Made by a program: the position numbers and the translations under genes. A stretch of DNA of 58,077 nucleotides from contig JBLIRO010000029.1 in assembly GCA_049472335.1 (NCBI GenBank), positions 1 through 58,077 on the forward strand, read 5' to 3'. The stretch comes from a bacterium (GTDB lineage: Bacteria > SZUA-182 > DTGQ01 > JAFGSM01). A model generated the notes under the pieces. The model was not told where the DNA came from and searched no databases. It saw only the letters and a program-made list of their open reading frames with translations. Shown here piece by piece: positions 19,710 to 29,480 of this stretch (position 1 is its first letter; each line of letters begins with the position of its first letter).

Positions 19710-21428
19710 TTAATCTGTTTTAATTACGCTCATTGCCTCATTTATATCCACGATCCCCTGGGCAGCCTTAGCAAAAGCATTTTCCTTCATTGTACTCATA
19801 CCCGCCTTAATGGCGGCCGTTAAGATCTTGTCCGAGGATGCCTTTTCCATTATGAGCTCTCTTATTTCCTTATCAATAATAAGAATCTCGGAGATGGCCG
19901 TTCTCCCTTTAAAACCTGTTTGTTTGCAATTATCGCAACCCTTGCCCTGATATAGAGAAAAATCCTTTTGAGGTGAAATTCCCACATCTTTTAAGAACTC
20001 ATGAGAAGGCGTGTAGGGTTCCTTGCACTTTTCACAAATGGTTCTTACCAGGCGTTGTGCAATGACCGCTGAGAGAGAAGAAGCCACCAGATAGGGTTCA
20101 TTGCCTATTTCTATAAGACGTGTCACCGCGGAAGGCGCATCGTTCGTGTGCAGTGTGGAAAACACCATATGTCCTGTCAGAGCCGACTGTATGGCAATAG
20201 AGCTTGTTTCCCTGTCTCTGATCTCTCCCACCATAATCAGATCCGGGTCCTGCCTTAAGACGGCCCTTAACCCTGTCTCAAAAGAAAGACCCGCCTTTGT
20301 ATTTACCTGTGACTGCCGTATCATGCTTATGGTATACTCTATGGGGTCCTCTATGGTAACAATATTTTTTTCTACAGAATTTATACACTTAATTAGGGCA
20401 TAAAGGGTAGTTGTCTTGCCTGAACCTGTTGGTCCGGTTGCCAAGATGAAGCCGTAGCGTTTTTTTATGATTTTTTCAAGTCTTTCTTGGTCATCCAGAG
20501 AGAGTCCGATGCTGTCTATCCCATAATTAGAAAGTGTTTTATCCAGTATACGGATGACCACATTTTCTCCAAAGAATGTAGGAAAGGTTGAAATACGAAG
20601 GCTTACATCTCTTCCATCTATTTTCACATCAAAACGGCCGTCTTGCGGGATACGCATGTTCGCAATATCCATTTTGGCCATAATCTTGATCCTTGAAATA
20701 ATAGGAAGCTGCATTTTTTTAGGAGGGGAGGGGATCTCATGAAGTATCCCGTCAATCCGGAATCTCACCCTCAGGACCTTCTCGTCCGGTTCTATATGGA
20801 TATCACTGGCACTCTCCCGTATCGCCTGAATTATAAGATTGTTTACATAGCGGATTACCGGTGTGTCAAGGGCAATATCCCGTAATTTATTTTCTTCGAT
20901 GTCATTGTTTTCCTCTTCTTCCACATATTCAAAGGATTCCTCATTGGTGATACCCTTCAGGGTCTCTTCCACGAGATCTATTTTGCCAAAGAATTGATCG
21001 ATAAATTCCCTCATGGCCGTCTCTGTACAAAGGACGGGTTCTATCTCATACCGGGTAATAAAACTTACATTGTCAATGGCATCCACATCCAAAGGATCAA
21101 CTACGGCCAGAATCAGCACATTGAATTTTTTGAATATGGGAAATACAAGATATTTTCGAATTATCTTCTCAGGCACCAATTTTATGATATCATGATCAAT
21201 CTCAAAATTGCTCAGATCAATCAAAGGGATACGAAGGTGCAGGGATAAAAATTTGAAAACCTCTTCTTCCTCCATGAAACCCATTTCAATCAGGATCTTT
21301 CCAAGTTTCTTCCCAGAGTTTTTCTGCTCGGTAAGGGCTTTGTCCAGTTCCTCCTGTTTGATCTTTTTGCTGGCTAGAAGGATTTCACCCAGTGTCATTA
21401 GATTTTTCGTGACTGTTCCAGATTCCAT
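19710..21428 (-). CDS. pilB: type IV pilus assembly ATPase PilB/MshE
   Basis: MshEN-like N-terminus, Walker A GPTGSGKT, TIEDPIE, LRQDPD, STLHTND and a CxxC...CxxC zinc motif. Confidence 0.95.
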   Translation of the reverse strand: MESGTVTKNLMTLGEILLASKKIKQEELDKALTEQKNSGKKLGKILIEMGFMEEEEVFKFLSLHLRIPLIDLSNFEIDHDIIKLVPEKIIRKYLVFPIFKKFNVLILAVVDPLDVDAIDNVSFITRYEIEPVLCTETAMREFIDQFFGKIDLVEETLKGITNEESFEYVEEEENNDIEENKLRDIALDTPVIRYVNNLIIQAIRESASDIHIEPDEKVLRVRFRIDGILHEIPSPPKKMQLPIISRIKIMAKMDIANMRIPQDGRFDVKIDGRDVSLRISTFPTFFGENVVIRILDKTLSNYGIDSIGLSLDDQERLEKIIKKRYGFILATGPTGSGKTTTLYALIKCINSVEKNIVTIEDPIEYTISMIRQSQVNTKAGLSFETGLRAVLRQDPDLIMVGEIRDRETSSIAIQSALTGHMVFSTLHTNDAPSAVTRLIEIGNEPYLVASSLSAVIAQRLVRTICEKCKEPYTPSHEFLKDVGISPQKDFSLYQGKGCDNCKQTGFKGRTAISEILIIDKEIRELIMEKASSDKILTAAIKAGMSTMKENAFAKAAQGIVDINEAMSVIKTD

Positions 21429-21542
21429 TATTCAGATACCGTTTTTTGAGGAAAGTCTAATTCCTTGTAACATTTAAGTCGTTTAAATCAGCAGAAGAAC
21501 TGTTCATTATTAGACAACAAAAATGTTACAAATCCTTTATAT

Positions 21543-21570
21543 TTATCGGCATAAATCCCTTATAATCTCA
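21543..21570 (-). promoter_or_regulatory. possible sigma28 (FliA)-type promoter upstream of pilB
   Basis: Perfect GCCGATAA -10 box on the minus strand (21543-21550), 115 bp before the pilB start; the -35 is weak (TGAG). Confidence 0.3.
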
Positions 21571-21953
21571 GTACAATATTTAAATTTGTAAATCATTATG
21601 TTGGAGCTATCAGCTACATAAAACATAGGAATAGTTAGTTAGTTAGATTTACAGCAATAACGCTACTATCAGAATTTAAGGTTGAAAAAAAATTTTAAAG
21701 AAAGTAAGATAGCTTTTATCTCATACTATTTTCTTAATATCAATCTGTTAAGCTCTGTTTCAAATATTTGCTCAATAATATTATTATCCTAGAACCTTTC
21801 CCCTTGAGGAGGCGATGCTATTGATAAAAATCTTCATTCCGGCGTTATCCTCAACTCAAAAAACAATAATAAAGCAATTGGGACATTCATGTTTTCTCTT
21901 TTCAGGTAAATCTATAGTCGATAATCTATACCTTAGTGAAGGAGTGATTCTTT

Positions 21954-23261
21954 ATGTCAAGGACATATAAGTTTTTGGCCATTTTTTGTTTAATTATCAT
22001 TTGGCCTCTATCTGTATTTGCGACAAATGGTGACAACTTGATCGGAGTAGGCCCCAATTCCAGATCAATGGGTGGTGTCGGAATAGCGGCCCCTCAGGAT
22101 GCCATAGGGGCGGTATTTGCCAATCCTGCCGCAATGTCTTTTTCTCCTTTCTGCCCGGGCTCAGAATTCAATTTCGCCGGGACCTTGTTTATGCCTAAGG
22201 TGAATGCAAAGATTGAATTAGGTGGCATAACATATGCGGCAGATAGTGAGAGAAAGACATTTGGTATCCCTGCCATTGGATTATCTACCCCAATCAATAA
22301 AAGCTTGCCATATTGGCGGTTTGGTCTGGCTGCCTATGGAATAAGCGGCTTGGGGGTGGATTATCGGGATACGGATCTTGACCAATCCAAATTCTATGAT
22401 TTTGGAGAAGATCCCAATGGGAAAGATAGAACTTCTCCCCTAATTGCCGGGGAATTCACCCAGTTACAGATAATGAAGTTTGCCCCTGCTGTAGCTTATC
22501 AGCCCAATAGCCAGTTCTCCCTTGGGCTGGCTCTCCATATTGATTATGCAAATCTTGACCTTGGAAACGGGGCATCCTTTAATTACGGATATGGTGTTCA
22601 GTTGGGGACCGTGTATAAATTAGGTAACCTTATATCTTTAGGCGCCACTTATATAACCCCACAGAAGGTTGAATATAAAAATATTACAGATTTTGATGGA
22701 GATGGCAGCAGAGACAATCTGGATCTTGAATCCCCGCAGGAGCTTGGTGTGGGTGTAGCCCTTCATCCGATGTCTGATAAATTATTGCTTGAGATGGACG
22801 GAAAATGGGTAAATTGGGGAAATGCAAAGGGATACAATGAGTTTGGCTGGAAGGACCAATGGGTTTTTTCCTTTGGTGCTCAATTTAAACCAACACAGAA
22901 ACTCTCCCTGAGGGCCGGATTCAATTATGGCAAAAATCCGATAGAGATGCATGATAATTTTGTAGGATATGATACTAATAATCCTGACCCTCTTAATCAT
23001 ATCCAGGTGCAGGGAAAATCAATGCCGACTTACTATTATGAGACCTTCAGGTTTATAGGATTTCCGGCCATAGTCCAAAGTCACTTAGCATTAGGTATTG
23101 GGTACGAATTTACAAAAAATTTTGATGTTCATGCAGGTTATATGCATGCCTTTAAAAAGGAGGTTAAAGAGAGCGGTATAGCTATAAATGGCCAGCCGGT
23201 TACCCTTGAATCAGGTCTTAGTGAGGATAGCATTGACTTTAGTCTAACCTGGAGATATTAA
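21954..23261 (+). CDS. OmpP1/FadL/TodX-family outer-membrane transporter
   Basis: Signal peptide, hatch segment G...SRSMGG...NPAAM, amphipathic beta strands, C-terminal aromatic residue. Confidence 0.85.
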   Translation: MSRTYKFLAIFCLIIIWPLSVFATNGDNLIGVGPNSRSMGGVGIAAPQDAIGAVFANPAAMSFSPFCPGSEFNFAGTLFMPKVNAKIELGGITYAADSERKTFGIPAIGLSTPINKSLPYWRFGLAAYGISGLGVDYRDTDLDQSKFYDFGEDPNGKDRTSPLIAGEFTQLQIMKFAPAVAYQPNSQFSLGLALHIDYANLDLGNGASFNYGYGVQLGTVYKLGNLISLGATYITPQKVEYKNITDFDGDGSRDNLDLESPQELGVGVALHPMSDKLLLEMDGKWVNWGNAKGYNEFGWKDQWVFSFGAQFKPTQKLSLRAGFNYGKNPIEMHDNFVGYDTNNPDPLNHIQVQGKSMPTYYYETFRFIGFPAIVQSHLALGIGYEFTKNFDVHAGYMHAFKKEVKESGIAINGQPVTLESGLSEDSIDFSLTWRY

Positions 23262-23315
23262 AGTTAAAGCTATTTCAGGTTAAATAATATATTACAAAGA
23301 AGGAGAAAGATCTTT

Positions 23316-24740
23316 ATGATAGTCCAACAATTCTTCGTCAAGGGGCTTGCTCATAGTTCATATTTGCTTGGCGGTACTAATATCTGTGCAATCATTGATC
23401 CGCGGCGTGATGTACAAATCTATTTGGACTCGGCAAAATCCATGGATATGGAGATTACCCATATCCTGGAGACCCATCTCCACGCAGACTTTGTCTCCGG
23501 ACATCTTGAGCTCGCGAAAAAGACAGGGGCATCGATTTATGCACCTAAATCGGCTGGATGTAAGTTTGATCATATAGGGATTTCCGAAGGAGACACCTTT
23601 AAAATAGAGGATATGGTATTGAGCGTATTAGAAACACCGGGACATACACCAGAGCATATTTCTTATGTTGTAAGGGATGAAGCCAGAGGGAATGAACCTG
23701 TATGCGTTTTTTGCGGTGATACGCTTTTTGTCGGTGATGTGGGAAGGCCTGATCTTTTTCCCGGCATGGCCCGGGACCTGGCATCAAGCCTCTATGACAG
23801 CTTACATAATAAATTGCTAAGGCTCCCTGATTTTTGTGAGGTCTATCCTGCACACGGTGCAGGCTCACTTTGCGGCAGGGCCATGGGTGCTAAGAGAACA
23901 AGCACCATTGGCTATGAAACAAGATATAATGCCTCTCTTCTGATAGATGATCGTGAATCATTTATAGAATCCTTGACCACAGACATGCCCCCGGCCCCTG
24001 ATCATTTCAGCCGCTGCAGCGCTATTAATAGGGATGGACCTGCTCTTTTACATAATCTCCCTGTTCTTGAGGCCCTGAAGCCCGAGGCCTTTAACATGAG
24101 GGCAAAGGGTGGAAATAGTGTGCTGCTGGATGTTCGCAGTTATGACTCGTTCGGTGGTCAACATATTCCCGGGACTTATCACATAGACCTTGGCGGGAAT
24201 TTTTCCACATTTGCTGGATGGATACTGCCGCCAGATGCAATTATTTTATTGATAACGGATAACATTCACCAGGCTGAAGAGTCGTGTCTTTTGATGAGGA
24301 GGGTCGGCATCGATCGTGTTGAAGGCTATCTTGATGGTGGTATGTTCCAATGGGCAAATGCAGGCTTACCTGCTGACCATGTTGGACAACTATCTGCAGA
24401 GGAGCTACATTCCATGACTTTGGATTCTGATGCAATTGTGCTCGTTGATGTGCGCGCCCCATCTGAATATGAAAAATTTCATATAAGGGGCGCTATAAAC
24501 ATTCCAGTAGCCGATCTCAGAACACGTTATAAGGAACTAACCCCTGACGTGCCTACGGTTTTGACGTGCAGCACAGGACATCGTTCGAGTCTGGGGGCCA
24601 GTATATTGAAGCAGCACAAATTTAAAGATGTATTAAATCTGGCCGGAGGAATGACAGGCTATAATAAAGCCGATTATGCCCCTGAATGCCCGGTATGTTT
24701 TATATCTCATGGGCCGCGTTTTTTAGGGAGCAAAATATAG
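23316..24740 (+). CDS. MBL-fold persulfide dioxygenase-like protein fused to two rhodanese domains (CstB-like)
   Basis: ETHLHADF, TPGHTPEH, GDTLFVGDVGRPDL, PAHGAGSLCG. The middle rhodanese lacks Cys; the C-terminal one has CSTGHRS. Confidence 0.9.
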   Translation: MIVQQFFVKGLAHSSYLLGGTNICAIIDPRRDVQIYLDSAKSMDMEITHILETHLHADFVSGHLELAKKTGASIYAPKSAGCKFDHIGISEGDTFKIEDMVLSVLETPGHTPEHISYVVRDEARGNEPVCVFCGDTLFVGDVGRPDLFPGMARDLASSLYDSLHNKLLRLPDFCEVYPAHGAGSLCGRAMGAKRTSTIGYETRYNASLLIDDRESFIESLTTDMPPAPDHFSRCSAINRDGPALLHNLPVLEALKPEAFNMRAKGGNSVLLDVRSYDSFGGQHIPGTYHIDLGGNFSTFAGWILPPDAIILLITDNIHQAEESCLLMRRVGIDRVEGYLDGGMFQWANAGLPADHVGQLSAEELHSMTLDSDAIVLVDVRAPSEYEKFHIRGAINIPVADLRTRYKELTPDVPTVLTCSTGHRSSLGASILKQHKFKDVLNLAGGMTGYNKADYAPECPVCFISHGPRFLGSKI

Positions 24741-24851
24741 TAAACCTTCTTGGCCGTTTAATGGTGTCATGACATGAAAATAAGCCTCCTTTCAAACCTT
24801 CCCTTTTATAGTAAGAGGTTTGGCTAAAGAGGAACAAAAAAGGAGAATAAT

Positions 24852-25373
24852 ATGGGATGGCTAAGTATGGAGCAATGGTCTCCTTATATAGTAGGTGTCG
24901 GGATAGGTATTCTGAGCTGGCTGGCGTTTCTGATATCCGACAGGCAGCTTGCATGTTCAACGGCCTATTCGCATACTAGCGGGATGATTGAGAGACTTTT
25001 TCGCGGTGCCGCTGTAATGGATAAACCCTACTATAAGAAATTCGTTCCATCAGTGGATTGGGAGTGGATGCTTGTTGTTGGCATTGTTATTGGAGCATTC
25101 ATTTCAGCGAGTCTTTCAGGACAGTTTCATGTACAATGGGTGCCTGCTAAATGGGCCTATACCTTCGGTCATCTCATTTGCCCGAGGCTGCTTGTTGCTC
25201 TCGCAGGCGGCATTATAATGGGCTTTGGGGCGCGCTGGGGAGGAGGTTGCACAAGCGGACATGGAATAAGCGGAACACTTCAACTGGCTGTCAGCAGTTG
25301 GCTTGCATCCATTTGTTTTTTTGCAGGCGGCATAGTGACTGCGATGCTCATCTTTAAGGTTTTTGTTGGTTAA
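24852..25373 (+). CDS. YeeE/YedE sulfur-compound transporter subunit
   Basis: WSPY, LACS and GFGARWGGGCTSGHG motifs; about four TMs. Confidence 0.9.
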   Translation: MGWLSMEQWSPYIVGVGIGILSWLAFLISDRQLACSTAYSHTSGMIERLFRGAAVMDKPYYKKFVPSVDWEWMLVVGIVIGAFISASLSGQFHVQWVPAKWAYTFGHLICPRLLVALAGGIIMGFGARWGGGCTSGHGISGTLQLAVSSWLASICFFAGGIVTAMLIFKVFVG

Positions 25374-25387
25374 GGGGGGTATTATCC

Positions 25388-25945
25388 ATGTTAAAGAACC
25401 TGCATGTAAAAAAAGGGATTCAATTGGTGATTGGGCTGATATTCGGTATTTTTTTCGGGTTTTTATTACAAAAGGGGCAAGTAACCAAATATGATGTTAT
25501 TATAGGCCAGTTGCTTTTAACCGATTTTACCGTTGTCAAAGTCATGCTCTCAGCCGTGATAACAGGGATGTTGGGTGTTTATTTCCTAAGAGGGATAGGC
25601 TTGGCGAAACTGCGTATTAAACCGGGTTCTATCGGTAAATCAGTAATTGGCGGGCTTATTTTCGGCGTAGGGTTTGCCTTGCTAGGTTATTGTCCGGGGA
25701 CAATGATGGGGGCCATTGGCGAAGGCTCTCTTGACGCATTGTTCGGGGGAGTTATAGGGATGTTCATAGGTACCTGGATATTTGCCGCAATCTACCCGCA
25801 TTTGGAAAAGACTATCTTAAATAAAGGCGATTTTGGTGATATTACCCTGCCGGAATTATTTAAAGTAAATCAATGGTTCGTTGTCATTCCGGTTGCCATA
25901 ACCTTAACAGCCCTGTTGGTGTGGATTGAAAAGGCCGGCTTTTAG
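25388..25945 (+). CDS. YeeE/YedE sulfur-compound transporter subunit
   Basis: GIFFGFLL and GGLIFGVGFALLGYCPGT motifs. Confidence 0.9.
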   Translation: MLKNLHVKKGIQLVIGLIFGIFFGFLLQKGQVTKYDVIIGQLLLTDFTVVKVMLSAVITGMLGVYFLRGIGLAKLRIKPGSIGKSVIGGLIFGVGFALLGYCPGTMMGAIGEGSLDALFGGVIGMFIGTWIFAAIYPHLEKTILNKGDFGDITLPELFKVNQWFVVIPVAITLTALLVWIEKAGF

Positions 25946-26076
25946 ATTGGTTTTGCTAGAAAAGCTATGTGTGCTGAAGATCCGGTTACCTTATTTCGAG
26001 GTCGTGGCAAGGGCATTATCCTGCCTCTCGACATATGGCTAAGAGACAAAAAGAACGAAAGTAGGAATCAGAGACT

Positions 26077-26481
26077 TTAATCTTCCAGGTGAGTGATCAA
26101 GATCTCTTTTAACCTTTCAGGGATGGAAGTTTTTTCCCCGAACCTTTTATCTATACTCACAAGAACGGTTTTAACCTTTCCGGCGATTTGATTGTTTTTT
26201 ACAATATCATACAGAAGAGTACAGGAGCTTCTGCCTATATTTTCCACGGTTATTCTTACCTGGATACGATCCCCTGCCTCCAGCGGAATCCTGTAATCCG
26301 CTTCAGCATGAACAACAGGGGTCAGGAAGGGCTCGTTTTTCAGGATCTCTGACAGACTCAATCGGGACTTTTCCAACAGATCCTGGTATGCGTCATAAGC
26401 GATCTCAAAAAGTCTCGAAAAGAATAACAAACCGGCAGCGTCTGTATGGTATAATTTAACGCTCGTTTCATAAAGGTACAT
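26077..26481 (-). CDS. hotdog-fold acyl-CoA thioesterase (4HBT/DHNA-CoA hydrolase-like)
   Basis: HTDAAGLLFF and PVVHAEADYRIPL motifs. Confidence 0.85.
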   Translation of the reverse strand: MYLYETSVKLYHTDAAGLLFFSRLFEIAYDAYQDLLEKSRLSLSEILKNEPFLTPVVHAEADYRIPLEAGDRIQVRITVENIGRSSCTLLYDIVKNNQIAGKVKTVLVSIDKRFGEKTSIPERLKEILITHLED

Positions 26482-26484
26482 TTT

Positions 26485-27948
26485 TTATCCTTTTTCCCCT
26501 GAAAAAAACCACACCATCTTTACCAGTGCCATTGTATCCATCTTACAGTATTCTAACATCCTATGAGCTATTTCATCGCGGCGTTTTTTGGGTGTCTCAG
26601 GTCGTATTGCCTCCAGATAGGCTATCTGTGCTCCTGTCCCGTCCTGTACCTCTTCCAGGTTTTTGTAATCAAGCTCCGGGGCGATGGTCGGGAGGACAGC
26701 CTTAATAGACCAGGAACCTTTCATCCGAGGATGATAATAGTACTTCTGAGCAATAGGCAGCAGGTCGACCAGCCGCTCTATGATATTGTATATCCCTTGT
26801 GCGAGATCGGGGAACATTTTAGCAAGTTTCTTCAAATTATTCTTCTCAAACCCACTATAAACAAATATGGGGCCTTTAGTTCTCAAAGTATTGAGAAGGT
26901 TTTCTGCAAAGGGGCGCATAGGAGGATTTCCGCTTGTATCAAGAAACTCCGAATGCCTCAAATGCCCGGATTTTTCCTCCGTATGACATGACCATTGAAA
27001 AGGTAACTGATTGTATGGACTGGTGTCCGGCCATACAGGCACTGCAAACTGGATGGTTTCAAAATCAAGGTAATAGCGGGGATAAGGGAGATAGCCAAGA
27101 TATTCCGCCATCTCCGGAGCCAATTCCGGCTCGCCAGTAATGGTAGTTCGTCTGATTCGTTGGTGTAAAGGTTTTATCAAGCGGTCTTCAGGGATATCAC
27201 GGATATCCGAAATCCCTTCGGACACTAACTCCATTATTATCTTGCCTCCACGGGGCAGAATTGTAACAGGGTATTCCGGCAATTCCGTAAAGCAATGATT
27301 GAAAAAGGGACATTTAAAAGGCTTATGACAGTGTTTTCCAACCTTTATATCAGGTAAGTCCCCTTTTATGACATCCTGATATTTATCCAGCCAGGCCGGA
27401 ATATGTTCCAGGATCGGAATGATGGCCTCCGTAACATCCTCGAAGATAAAAAGATCCTTATAATCCCCATTTCCGGAATAGATAAAATCCTTATTCACAA
27501 GGGCAATTTCAATTTGTTCGATGGGGTAACCCGCATTGTTGATCACCCAGAACTGCACCGCACAGTCCAGCAGATGATAATCCTTAAAGCCTGTTGAGGA
27601 TTTGACTTCCACAACCCGGTATCCTTGTTCGGTATTTTCAATTATGTCGGTCCTTATCAAAATCCCATTATGTTCAAAGGCAGCTTCAAAAAGGGGCAAA
27701 TCCGGAAAATTCCCAATCAGATACCGGGTTTCTTCCAGAGCGATTGATAAATCATCATTGTTTAGGATCATCTTTCCGTTGGGATATAATTTCCTGGCAG
27801 CTTCTCCGGCCTGAAGTCCCATATGGAATTTCAGATTCAGATGATTCGGCTCTTCTGCCAGCTCAGGATGGTGAATCTCCAAAAAAAGCCGCTTCGAACA
27901 TTGGATCCCTGACAGTATTCTGGATTTTGAAATGTAGAAGTCAGTCAT
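26485..27948 (-). CDS. DUF2779-type protein: PD-(D/E)xK nuclease with four Cys plus RNase H/DEDD-like domain
   Basis: ISKS...QCSKRLFL, RTDI...VEVKSST, HCHKPFKCPFFNHC; then YLDFET, PFQWSCH, SIKAVLP, YCKMDT. Confidence 0.8.
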   Translation of the reverse strand: MTDFYISKSRILSGIQCSKRLFLEIHHPELAEEPNHLNLKFHMGLQAGEAARKLYPNGKMILNNDDLSIALEETRYLIGNFPDLPLFEAAFEHNGILIRTDIIENTEQGYRVVEVKSSTGFKDYHLLDCAVQFWVINNAGYPIEQIEIALVNKDFIYSGNGDYKDLFIFEDVTEAIIPILEHIPAWLDKYQDVIKGDLPDIKVGKHCHKPFKCPFFNHCFTELPEYPVTILPRGGKIIMELVSEGISDIRDIPEDRLIKPLHQRIRRTTITGEPELAPEMAEYLGYLPYPRYYLDFETIQFAVPVWPDTSPYNQLPFQWSCHTEEKSGHLRHSEFLDTSGNPPMRPFAENLLNTLRTKGPIFVYSGFEKNNLKKLAKMFPDLAQGIYNIIERLVDLLPIAQKYYYHPRMKGSWSIKAVLPTIAPELDYKNLEEVQDGTGAQIAYLEAIRPETPKKRRDEIAHRMLEYCKMDTMALVKMVWFFSGEKG

Positions 27949-28799
27949 TATGATTTATAAATTATTATTCATTTTTAATTAGTTACTTCGAATTTGTTAG
28001 GATTTTATATTATAATTGCAGGATTTTCAAATAAGACATTTTTTACCCGGCAATTCTTGGCAATTGTATTCTGGGGGCCGCGGGGTTATGACCCCATCAA
28101 ACCTTATAACCAAATTTAATTTTAATATGTTTTAGCCTCATTAAACTAAATATTAATCATAAAAAGGTTATTTTGACAAAATCAGAATTACTGACAACAA
28201 CTTGAATTCAAGGTTGACAAAATTGCTATTTGTATATATAATTTTTCGTATAGTTGCTTTATGTTAGCTGGTTAGGAATTACATAATCCAATTGATTAGC
28301 AATCAATTTAATAATATTACTCAGGCATTAAAATCATTTTTGGATTATTATATGATAATTATATGAGTAAAATTAAAGCAGGTAGGCATTTAATTTTGAT
28401 ACTCAAGGATGAAAGTGAAACATCTCTGAAGAATGTTGTATGTGATTAAAAAGCTAAGATCATCAATTAAGTTATATTTATAAGTGACATACTTGAAATT
28501 TTATTACTATCACAGATCATTGCATTAATTAGAGAGTTCCGTAATCATCCCTTCTAATAAAGCCCAGATTTACCTGAGCATATCCCTAAAACAGACTGTT
28601 TATTACAGACAGTCTAGCCCTTTTCTCGGGGACTTGCCTCCATTGCTTTGATATTAACTAATATTTTGCCTGATTGACATAGGAATATTGTCATAAAAAT
28701 TATACGTTATGTATATAGTATATGAAAAATACCTTTAAGTCATAATTTTTATTCTTCTTAATTAGCTGAAATTATTAGTTAAAATTCAATATCTGTTGC

Positions 28800-28815
28800 A
28801 GGCATAATTAATGCT
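28800..28815 (+). promoter_or_regulatory. sigma54 (-24/-12) promoter of the PEP-CTERM gene
   Basis: AGGCATAATTAATGCT has GG-N10-GC spacing about 80 bp before the ATG. PEP-CTERM genes commonly carry sigma54 promoters. Confidence 0.65.
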
Positions 28816-28892
28816 ACTTTGAGAATCCAAAATTGCGGCACAATTTTTTTATGGTGTAGGTAATAATCAATCCAAAAAAGAGGGGTGGCAAA

Positions 28893-29462
28893 ATGAAAAA
28901 GTTCTTGGCGTTTTCATTGGTCGTAACAGTGTTTTTTGGAATCGCCCATATAGCAAACGCGGCAACAATCGGGTTCGATGATTTATCCGGAAATGTCGCT
29001 GTCACGGATCAATATGCTCCCTTAGGTATTATATTTCAGCAGACCGTTGAACTGGATACCTGGAATGAAGCATATGCGCCGGTCAAACATCCTGGCGATC
29101 ATATTGCTTATAGCGGATCTTTCAGCCAATCCATATTTATTTTCGATGATGTCATTAGTTCTTTTTCCTTGCTTGTTACATCAGGCAATAACACTCTGTA
29201 CCTGGAGGCATATGACAATAGTGATAACCTCTTGGGATTTGCCTCTGAATATATACCAATTGGTGATTGGCATTCCATGGATATTGAGTTGACCGGTTTT
29301 CCCGCACAAAAGATCATACTTCATGATGGCAGTGGATATTTCGCCTTTGACGAAATCACGTTCTCTCATGCTGATACGCCTGAGCCCTGTACATTCCTGC
29401 TTTTAGTTGCTGGGCTTTTAGGTTTTGCTGGGATCAGAAGAAAGATTCGTATATCGGCTTAA
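28893..29462 (+). CDS. PEP-CTERM sorting-domain surface protein
   Basis: Signal peptide (ANA), IGFDDL start of the mature protein, C-terminal TPEPCTFLLLVAGLLGFAGIRRKIR. Confidence 0.92.
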   Translation: MKKFLAFSLVVTVFFGIAHIANAATIGFDDLSGNVAVTDQYAPLGIIFQQTVELDTWNEAYAPVKHPGDHIAYSGSFSQSIFIFDDVISSFSLLVTSGNNTLYLEAYDNSDNLLGFASEYIPIGDWHSMDIELTGFPAQKIILHDGSGYFAFDEITFSHADTPEPCTFLLLVAGLLGFAGIRRKIRISA

Positions 29463-29480
29463 GCCATAAAAAAATACAGC

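Noticed and set aside
3673..21428. Type II secretion system
   Set aside because: A PilM actin-like domain, PilO, an MshL-like secretin and a sigma54-driven major pilin fit a type IV pilus better.
26485..27948. CRISPR-associated cas4
   Set aside because: No repeat-spacer array or other cas genes in the window; the architecture fits DUF2779.
28071..28098. tRNA 3'-end or attachment-site relic (minus strand GGGGTCATAACCCCGCGGCCCCCA)
   Set aside because: No TTCRA T-loop, no cloverleaf and no integrase; only a small hairpin.
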